This document shows positions 25,085-33,100 of a stretch of DNA of 40,945 bases, in pieces. The position numbers and the translations under genes are program-made. Each line of letters starts with the position of its first letter. Position 1 is the stretch's first letter. A model generated the notes under the pieces. The model had not been told where the DNA came from. It saw only the letters and a list, made by a program, of their open reading frames with translations, and made no database searches. Source of the stretch: a virus. Taxonomy: Duplodnaviria; Caudoviricetes. The stretch is from IMG/VR virus record IMGVR_UViG_3300031939_000012, positions 1 to 40,945 of that record; one strand, given 5' to 3'.

Positions 25085-25398
25085 GCGGTCCGCTCCTGAG
25101 CTTTGCGGGATTCGCTGCGAGCGGCGAGAGCGGCGGCGATCCACTGACGTTGCGCGGCGTGTCCCATGTCCGTCCAGGTCGGGAAATGCGCGAGGGGCAG
25201 GCCGGTGTCCTCGAGCCAGGCGAGATACATCGCCTGGCCGGCGCGCTCATCAGAGACGGCTCCGGCCTGTGCCGCCGCGATGCCGGCGGACTCCCATAGC
25301 CGCCGCGAGCTCGCGCGCAACTCGTCGAATCGACGCGCACGGTGGACGGACGAAGCGGCGAAGAAGGCGTCATGTGCGATGCGGCCGAGCGAATCCAT
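25081..25398 (-). CDS. Hypothetical protein with an internal two-fold repeat
   Basis: LGRIAHDAF...FDEL...RLW and AGQAMYLAW...WTDM...RQW. Confidence 0.55.
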   Translation of the reverse strand: MDSLGRIAHDAFFAASSVHRARRFDELRASSRRLWESAGIAAAQAGAVSDERAGQAMYLAWLEDTGLPLAHFPTWTDMGHAAQRQWIAAALAARSESRKAQERTA

Positions 25399-25469
25399 AG
25401 AGCTTCCGGGGTCGGGTGCGAGATGATGATCAGCCCGGTCTCGCAGGTGAGGCGAGGCCGGGCGTGAGA

Positions 25470-26171
25470 TTACTGGCCAGTGCCGATCAGCACGCCGAAG
25501 ATCGGCTGAATGTCACTGCCGCCCGAAACTGACGATTTCAGGATGCGAACGGTCGGCATCGCATACCAGTGCGTGGTCTTGTACTGAATCGGAACGCCGA
25601 CCCCTGTGCTCCACGCCCACCCTGTGTTCGGGCCGTTCCATGAGATACCGGCGGCGGTGGGCACGAAGATGTCGCGCCCCGCGATGGTGGCGATGCGCTG
25701 CGCGATACCGATGCCGATGTTGGTGTTCACCGCGAACGGCTTCACGCTGGCTGGCAGCGCATCGATGAGCGTGAACGCGTAGGTTCCCGACGTATTGATC
25801 TGGTGCGCATAGAGCGCCGTGCCCGCGATCGCCGGCGAGGCGCCGGGCTGCGCGGAGAGGCCGGCCATATAAAGGTTCGCGATGCCCTGCTGGGCCTTCA
25901 TCGGCACGGCGAGGCAGAGCAGCACGGCGAACAGAACGATGGCGGCGTTCAGCCATCCGGAGACGATCGACTGGACCTTCGCCGCACTCAGGAAGAACGG
26001 CTTCTTCACGATGTCGATGGTGAGGTTCTGGCCGTCGTAGTCATAGCCGAGGGTGACGCCGCTCTTGGAGGCCTGGCCCCTGTAGGTATCGAGGCTAATG
26101 CCCTGCTCGCGGCGGAGCTGGTCGGCCTTCGCGTTGAACTGCGGCGGCGTGAGTGGAATTTTGAACGACAT
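25470..26171 (-). CDS. Putative outer-membrane beta-barrel protein with N-terminal soluble domain and internal signal/TM segment
   Basis: AAGGAG RBS; AAIVLFAVLLCLAVPMKA-QQ, then alternating Gly/aromatic beta-strands. Confidence 0.6.
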   Translation of the reverse strand: MSFKIPLTPPQFNAKADQLRREQGISLDTYRGQASKSGVTLGYDYDGQNLTIDIVKKPFFLSAAKVQSIVSGWLNAAIVLFAVLLCLAVPMKAQQGIANLYMAGLSAQPGASPAIAGTALYAHQINTSGTYAFTLIDALPASVKPFAVNTNIGIGIAQRIATIAGRDIFVPTAAGISWNGPNTGWAWSTGVGVPIQYKTTHWYAMPTVRILKSSVSGGSDIQPIFGVLIGTGQ

Positions 26172-26195
26172 GTGAAGCACTCCTTGGTTGGTGAG

Positions 26196-26465
26196 TTAGT
26201 CGGACCCGTTGTACGTGCTGAACTCTGCGTGCTCCTCGACCGAGACGTGCACCTCTTCGTTGGCCGCGAGCTGCGAGACCAGGCCGGCGATGCGCTGGTC
26301 GGCGAGCCGGTGCGCGTTCGAGGCGAGGTCCTGGATGAAGCGGAACCAATAGCCGTAGCGCGTGCGCTCCTGGCCGGTCGCGGGCGGAAGCATGGCGCCG
26401 GCGGCGCTATTGAAAACGGTGTAGACGATCACGGTCGCGATGATGGCGAGGACGCTCGGGTGCAT
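26196..26465 (-). CDS. Putative holin
   Basis: 89 aa; N-terminal TM and an amphipathic YGYWFRFIQ helix; TGATG-coupled to the endolysin. Confidence 0.55.
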   Translation of the reverse strand: MHPSVLAIIATVIVYTVFNSAAGAMLPPATGQERTRYGYWFRFIQDLASNAHRLADQRIAGLVSQLAANEEVHVSVEEHAEFSTYNGSD

Positions 26466-27391
26466 CAGGCTTTAGCCTCCTGGGCGGCGGAGAGGAACTG
26501 GGTGCGTGTCCAGGCGTTGCGCGCGTCGAACGCGCGGTTGCCGGGTTCGCGGGTGCACTCATCCGCGACGTGCTTCCAGTCGCGCATGCAGGCACAGGCG
26601 CAGAGCCGTGAGAATCCCAGCAGCCCGGTGGCCGGGGCGCCGGGGCGGTACGGCCGGCCCACGCCCATGTTGAACGCCATATCGAGCAGCCCGGCCTTCG
26701 CCGGGCCGGGGAACGAGTCGAAGCCGCGGAAGATGAGGCGGAGCTGCGTCAGGAATGTCTGGCAGCGCGAGCGCCGCAGTGTCGCGCGGTCGTCGGCTCG
26801 CAGTACCAGGCTGCTGGGCGAGAAGTAAAAGCTGGCGACGCGGCCGGGCGTCCTCGACGCGACGTGGTGAAACTCGGCGATGATCTGCTCCTGCGTGGCG
26901 AGCTCGCCGGCGGGAGTATGCAACGGCAGCGCGAGCGCGGCGTGCGCATCGGGAATCATCAGGCCGGATCCAGCGGTAACGTGGTCCGCGGTGTCGAGGT
27001 ACAGCCAGGAGATGTCACCTTCGAACGCGGGCAGGCGATGGTCGACGTAGTCGGCGAACCATGCCTCCTCGTCGGCCGCGCGCAGCGAGATACCATCGGG
27101 CGCCTGCTCGGCGGCCTCGATTGCCTTCAGCGCGATGGTGGGGTTGCCGCCTGAGTGGATCAGCGCCAGGACGAGCGAGTTAGTGTGCGTGGTGGAGCGA
27201 TCGATGTTCTGCAGGGTGAGCTCGATCTCGCGGCGCGGGACGAACTCCTTGGGCAGCTCCTTCTGGGCGGTCTCCAGCTCATCCACGCGGCGTTCCAGGC
27301 CGCGCAGGGTGGCGCGTGCGGCGGCCACAGCGGCGACCAGGGTGAGCCCCTGCGAGGCAAGGACGGCGATCAGAGTGTCATCAAAGGGCAT
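26465..27391 (-). CDS. Endolysin (GH24 lysozyme) with N-terminal hydrophobic and coiled-coil domain
   Basis: E-x8-D-x5-T triad (FEGDISWLYLDTADHVT), LLDMAFNMG, DW..VADEC, RNAW. Confidence 0.85.
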   Translation of the reverse strand: MPFDDTLIAVLASQGLTLVAAVAAARATLRGLERRVDELETAQKELPKEFVPRREIELTLQNIDRSTTHTNSLVLALIHSGGNPTIALKAIEAAEQAPDGISLRAADEEAWFADYVDHRLPAFEGDISWLYLDTADHVTAGSGLMIPDAHAALALPLHTPAGELATQEQIIAEFHHVASRTPGRVASFYFSPSSLVLRADDRATLRRSRCQTFLTQLRLIFRGFDSFPGPAKAGLLDMAFNMGVGRPYRPGAPATGLLGFSRLCACACMRDWKHVADECTREPGNRAFDARNAWTRTQFLSAAQEAKA

Positions 27392-27427
27392 CGGCGAGGA
27401 GACTGTGCGGGTGAATCGCCGAAAGCG

Positions 27428-27631
27428 TCAAAAGCCCGGGGCAACGCCGAGCGCCTCCAGCAGCCGCTTGCGGAGCACGCCGACCTCGCAGCGCAGGAGC
27501 GCGAGGTCGTGTTCGGCCGTCGCGCGCACCTGTCGGCCAAGCAGATAGTCGACGACGGACTCGAGCTCGCGGCAGCGCTGGCGGAAGGTGTCGCGCTCGA
27601 TGCGGAGCTGCTCAATCTGGTCGGGGCTCAT
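27428..27631 (-). CDS. Small coiled-coil protein
   Basis: MSPDQIEQLRIERD...; ATGA coupling to the upstream mini-ORF. Confidence 0.5.
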   Translation of the reverse strand: MSPDQIEQLRIERDTFRQRCRELESVVDYLLGRQVRATAEHDLALLRCEVGVLRKRLLEALGVAPGF

Positions 27632-27747
27632 GGGAGGAGATGGTGCAGCACGCGCAGGCCGTAGAGCGCGACAACGAAGAAGCCGGCGCCCGCCAGCACG
27701 AAAGGCCAACGGGCGAGGGCTGCGGGTTTGATCTCCACTCGGTGCAT
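27628..27747 (-). CDS. Small TM peptide, 39 aa (not in ORF track)
   Basis: MHRVEIKPAALARWPFVLAGAGFFVVALYGLRVLHHLLP; AGGA RBS. Confidence 0.45.
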   Translation of the reverse strand: MHRVEIKPAALARWPFVLAGAGFFVVALYGLRVLHHLLP

Positions 27748-27751
27748 GGTC

Positions 27752-30085
27752 CTACCAAGCCGCCGTCGCGGTGCATGTTGTGTTCGTGTCGAAGTTGCCC
27801 GCGCCCGCGTCTGGAGAGAACTGCACCTGATAGACGCCCGACGTACTGTTGCGCCATACGCCCTGATCGCGCCGTGCGGTTGCTCCGGCCGTCGTGTCGC
27901 TGTCGAAGCGTATGGAATCAGACACGATGTTTTTACGGATGTTCGGACTTGTGTAGTCGTAAATCGTAATGTCCGTCGTCCCCATCTGCCCCGCTGGTGC
28001 CGCCGAGCCGGGTAGACTTCCGGCCGGGTAGAACCCGCCGTTGTTGAAGGATTGCCCGACGTACGAGGAACTGCCCGGATTGGCGGCCACCATCAACGCA
28101 TAGCCATAGTTCGTCGAGCCGGCATCTCCGTTGAGCATCAAGTCCCACGAGGACGCGCCGCTCGTTGTGCGGCCCGAGCATGTAAATTGCAGCTTATGTC
28201 CGCAACTCGGAATCGCGTAGAAGATGATGGAAGCCGCGGGGGCCGCGAGCGTTTGCGTTTGTGTCCAGCACTCCGGCTGCGTCCCAAGGTGCGGGTTTCC
28301 AACCGTATAGAAGCCGAGCGAGGCTGCGTTGCCCTCTTGCGTCGTGACGAGTTGGGCAAGCGTCATCGGCGCGGCCAGGAGCTTGATATGGTTGAAGTCT
28401 CCCGGCGTGGGCGTTTGGTTATCCGTCGCCGACATATAGGCGTAGGTCACGCCGTTTATGCTGCTCGGGACGCCGTCAATCTGCGCAATGGAGAAGTCCC
28501 CAATCTGCCCCGGACCTCCAGGTGTCACGGTTGGCCCCTCATCAAGCGATTGCCGAGTGACCGCGCCGTTCGGCGTGTCGAGCGTCCAGACGTGTTGCTG
28601 CGAGTCCGATGACTTCCAGCGGAATACATCCGTCGGAGTGCCGCCGTTGACGCCCGCGACCAGGCCGTACTTGTCGCAGTGCAGCCACGTATAGAAAGCG
28701 CCGCTGACCTGTACCGTCGAGCGAGCGCCGCCGCACATCCCCCCTTGCGCCCAATTACTTCCGCTGTAGCCGCCCCAGCTGATTACCGGGTTGCCGCTGT
28801 ACGCCGTTGCCGTGTATCCCGCCGTTGGCGCGCCCGCCGTGTTGCCGGAAGCGCGGCCTACTCGCCAGAACCCATCTGATCCGAGGGCTTCATAGAGAAA
28901 CTGCCATACTCCATTAGAGTCCACCCACCAGTCGATATTGCCCTTTTGCCCCGAGTCCCACGAAGTTCCGCCGAGCTGCGGAATGAAGCCCGTTTCGAGG
29001 ATCGACCATGTTTGACCGTCGGTCGATACGGCGATGGTGAAGCTCGTCGGGTCGACGCCGTACTGCTGCCCAATCCAGTAGTAATTTCCCCCGGCGAACT
29101 TCTTTACGCGGCCGTGGTAGAAGCCCGGCCCAATAACGGGCTCGCCGTTATTTTGGGGGACCATATGCATTGGGTCTTGGCCGTAGAAGTGGCAGATGCC
29201 AGCGGTTGTATATCCGCACGTCTCGAAAGCTTCCCAAAATGCCGGGTTGCCGTCCGGGTGATAGAGAAGACTCGATTCTTGATATGTCTGCTGGTTGCGC
29301 GCGCCGCCGACGAAGACCGTCCCGAGGCGTTGCCACACGCCGCCGATAGGCTGCTTTGTGTCCGTGTACTGCTTCGTCGCCGGCTGAAGCGCCTGCGTCG
29401 GATCCGCGGCGAGCGTCACGGTCGAGCCAAACGTCGTCGCGTTCGGAACTGTCCCACCCGTAAACGTAGTGCCGGCATGGTTGTCCACGTAGTGCTTGTC
29501 AGCGGCCTGCAGGTCGGTCGTTGGGTCGCCAGGCAGCACGATCGCATTCGTAACCGTGCCGCCATTGAACGCGGGGTTGTTCACGATCGTAGTGCCGCCG
29601 CCCATGTTCTGCGTCGGGATGTTCGGCGTGAAGGTTTTGAAGAGGTCGAGATTGCATGAACTAGTCGAGCACCATCCCGCAGTAACCGCGGCCGAGCCGG
29701 TGGTGATCGATGGCTGCACGCAGGTATAGTTCGGCAGGTCCTCGGTGTAGTTCGATGGATCCTGATAGCTGAACGCGAGACACACATTCTGCGGTGTGGT
29801 GTTGTACGTGTCCGGAACGGTTGTGGAGAACGCGCCGCCGGTGACGGGCACCTGAACGCACGCGGCGAGGCCTGTGCCGCCGCCGGCGACGTTGAAAGCG
29901 ATCGGCACGCCCTTATCGGTGACCGGGCAGATGGTGATGTTACCGGTGACGGGCTGGCCGGTGACGGTCTTGAGGTTCGTCGCGGTGAGCGGGATCTGCG
30001 CAACCATAGGCGCGGAACCCAGGCATGCGCCCAGTCCGAGGATGAGTGTGGTCGCGAGGCGGCGAAGCGAAAAGCGAGGTTGCAT
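27752..30085 (-). CDS. Tail fibre / receptor-binding-like protein with beta-propeller glycosidase-like domain and N-terminal signal peptide
   Basis: Follows the tail tip gene; two DPT..LQ.A.K.Y.D fibre repeats; GH32/43-like propeller motifs (WDSG, WQFLYEA, VGRA, YSGNPVI); MQPRFSLRRLATTLILGLGACLGSAPMVA-Q leader. Confidence 0.65.
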   Translation of the reverse strand: MQPRFSLRRLATTLILGLGACLGSAPMVAQIPLTATNLKTVTGQPVTGNITICPVTDKGVPIAFNVAGGGTGLAACVQVPVTGGAFSTTVPDTYNTTPQNVCLAFSYQDPSNYTEDLPNYTCVQPSITTGSAAVTAGWCSTSSCNLDLFKTFTPNIPTQNMGGGTTIVNNPAFNGGTVTNAIVLPGDPTTDLQAADKHYVDNHAGTTFTGGTVPNATTFGSTVTLAADPTQALQPATKQYTDTKQPIGGVWQRLGTVFVGGARNQQTYQESSLLYHPDGNPAFWEAFETCGYTTAGICHFYGQDPMHMVPQNNGEPVIGPGFYHGRVKKFAGGNYYWIGQQYGVDPTSFTIAVSTDGQTWSILETGFIPQLGGTSWDSGQKGNIDWWVDSNGVWQFLYEALGSDGFWRVGRASGNTAGAPTAGYTATAYSGNPVISWGGYSGSNWAQGGMCGGARSTVQVSGAFYTWLHCDKYGLVAGVNGGTPTDVFRWKSSDSQQHVWTLDTPNGAVTRQSLDEGPTVTPGGPGQIGDFSIAQIDGVPSSINGVTYAYMSATDNQTPTPGDFNHIKLLAAPMTLAQLVTTQEGNAASLGFYTVGNPHLGTQPECWTQTQTLAAPAASIIFYAIPSCGHKLQFTCSGRTTSGASSWDLMLNGDAGSTNYGYALMVAANPGSSSYVGQSFNNGGFYPAGSLPGSAAPAGQMGTTDITIYDYTSPNIRKNIVSDSIRFDSDTTAGATARRDQGVWRNSTSGVYQVQFSPDAGAGNFDTNTTCTATAAW

Positions 30086-30133
30086 GCGGTGTTCTAGGCC
30101 GCATGCGGAGAAATCGTCAAAAGGTTGCGGGCA

Positions 30134-33100
30134 TCACTCTTCCGAAACGGGCTGCAGCATCTTGGCGTTATGCGTCCAGGAGGCGGTCGCGGCGCGCGTG
30201 CCGACCATGTACTCGTGGTCCGGGCCGTCGAGCTCGATGCGCAGCACCTCGGCGGCGCCCTCGATGCGTTGCGGGTGGAGCGCGCGGAAGCCCTGCGCGA
30301 CCGTTTCGACCCGCCGCCGCTCGCGCAGCGTGGAGCACCAGCGATAGTGCCCGTCCTCGGTGCGCAGGGTGTGGCTGGCGGACGCGGCGTAGATATCGCA
30401 GCCCTCGATGTGCAGGCGGAAGGTGTACGGGACCGAAACCCACTCGGCGGAGCGGATGCGCTCCGGTCCGCGGCGGCCATCGAGATAGACGTCCTCGCCG
30501 GCGGCGAAGCGGCGCTGGATCTCCTCGTTGGAGACGCCCACGCCCTGGATGAGGAGCGGCGTGCCGCGCACCGTGCAGGCCACCGGGTACGGGTTGGACG
30601 TGATGCCGGAGCCGCCGGGGCTTCCACTGCCCGTCGCCACGGTGGCCATCTGGAAGCCGCCGGAGGTGAGAGCAATGCGACCATCCTGGCGGCAGGCGGC
30701 ATCGGCGTAGATGTCGAAGGCGGTCGCCAGAAGCGCGGGTGTGCCGGCCGCGCCGGTCTGCGGAGCCGCCGCCTTCACGCCGCCGTACATGATGTCGAAG
30801 TAGAGGAATGCCCAGTAGTTGGTGCTCTGGGCGAGGCCGGTGAATTCCATCGAGCCGGGCTGAATCTGGGTCACCGCTCCATCGGGCCAGAGAATGGCGA
30901 TGTTGCCCCAGGAGATCGTGATGGCGCTGTCGGACGACGAGTAGGTGAAGGTTCCGGTAAACGTCGGCAATACCGAGCCCTGCACCCGCAGACCGGTGCT
31001 CGAGCCAGACTGGAAGATATCGAGCACGTTGCCCTGCACATCGAGGTCAGCCCACGCACTCGCCACGACGACGCCCTCCTGTGACTCCTCCAGCAACAGG
31101 TGTGAGAAGGTCAGGGTCGAGCCCACAGGGATGTTGACGGTTGTGCCGCCGATGCCGATGTACACGCCGATGTCTGCCGTGCCCGCGGGGATCTGGAACG
31201 AGGCTGTGTTGGTGCGGTTCAGCGTCGGCGTTGTGCCGTTCAGTGGAATGAAGCACTGTCGCACGCCGGTCTGATTGCCGCTCGCGTCCAGGAAGAAGAC
31301 GCCGAAGATAACCTGGCCCACGTTGGGCGCCGAGCCTGAAACGCAGGTGTCTTCGAAGTAGCCGGAGAGCAGCAGATAATCGCCGACGCTCCACTTGCTG
31401 CGCGAGATCATCTGGAACGCGAAGGTTGTCGAGGCAGTGATAGCCGAGCCGGCGACGGTGTACTCGGCCTCGCCGTCGTTAGCGAACGTCGGCACAAACG
31501 TGTCGCCGGCGCGCGGTGTGACGGACCAGTAGGTGAAGCCCGAAGCAAACGTGCTGTCCAGCAGCAGGTTGGTCGCGATGCCGACCGCGTCGATCGTCAC
31601 CGTGGGCGCGGTGGTGAAGCCCGCATAAAGATTCTTCGCGTCGAAGCCAATCACGCTGTAGTCGTAGCTCGACCCGGGTGCCTGTTGCCCCTGCCAGCTG
31701 GTGACGCCCGCACCCAGCCGCTCGACGAGCTTAGGTGTGGCCGTGCTCCCGGTGATCTTCGCGTAGATGCCGACGCCGGCAGTGTCCGGGCCGTTCTGCC
31801 AGGCCAGCGACGCATAGCTGACATAGCTTCCGCTGACCGTCTTGAAGAGCTCTTTGCCGCTCAGGTTGATGACGCCGGGATTGGATTTCACGATGGCCGA
31901 GGCCTCGCCGATGATCGGCGTCGCGACATCGTAGATGCGGCTGTCGTAGTCGAGCCATTCGATCATCGAGCGGTTCTCGCTGGCGCGTTTGATGTTGGTG
32001 ATGCGCACCCATTTCGTCGCGCCAGCCACACCGTAGATGTAGTTCGAATAATCTTCCGGTGCGCGGGAGAGCGGCGTCGCGAGCTGCACTAGGGCTTCGG
32101 TGCCCTGCACTGTGACACTGGCGACGGCCGCGGTTTCGAGCACGTCGGTGTCATGCAGCGAGACGGTTTGCCCCGCGAGCGGGACGAAGCCCGGCGGCGG
32201 CGATACGATAACGCTCTGCACGTCCGAGCGAAGCACCGCGCAGTCATGGCTCTTGCCGTCGGATGAGACGACCAGCGCGCGGGTGATGCGGGTGTTGTTC
32301 GCCCAGCTCGGCACGGTGAGCGTATAGCCCGCCGGGCTGGTCGATGCGGCGACGGCCGAGATGTTTGCCGTGGCGAGCCGCAGCACGTCCGGGTGCTGCA
32401 CCATGACGGTGTAGTTCGTGCCGGCCACGAAGGGAACGTCGTTGCGATCGAGCAGCAGCGCATTCGCCGTTGAGCCGGGCAGCGTGCGTCCGCCGCAGCC
32501 CCATTGCGGAACGTCATGCTGCAACGCCACGACGTTGTACGGGCGGCAGGCGATGCCGTCGGTGTCGGTGCGGAAGCTGCCGGAGCGCAAGAGAAACTGG
32601 TTGCCGCGCTCCTTGTAACGTGCGTGGTGCCAGGCCTGCGCCGGGATGGTGATGCCGCGGCCGTTGATACGCACGGGCTTGGGCACGGCCCCGGTGTTCT
32701 GCTTCGTGGGGTCCATGTAGACCAGCGGATTGTCCTGCTTGTAGTAGCGCGTGGAGTCGGCGAACTGCACCTCCACCTGATTGGCGCGCTCGTCGATCGG
32801 CAGCCACGCCTCGGAAAACGAGTCCTGCAGGATGTTGCCGACGGTGAACATCTGCACCGGCGCATCCACCGGCGCGTCCAGCGCGACGGCGTAGTCTGTG
32901 CCGACGGGAACGATGGCCGCGCGCGACATGCCGGTGACGGATTGCAACTGCGTCCAGAGATCGCTCTCGTTGTCGAAGACGCCGTTGTAGACGCACATCC
33001 GAATAGAGTTGCCGTTCCCGTCGGCCACCAGTGTGTCGTTGTTCTCCGCCCAGGCCACCCACTCGTCGATGTAGCGCTCGATGTTCGGGGGCACGACACC

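Noticed and set aside
25432-25462. GC hairpin as terminator (similar hairpin at 2402-2431)
   Set aside because: Strong stems but no U-tract on the coding strand; function unsupported.
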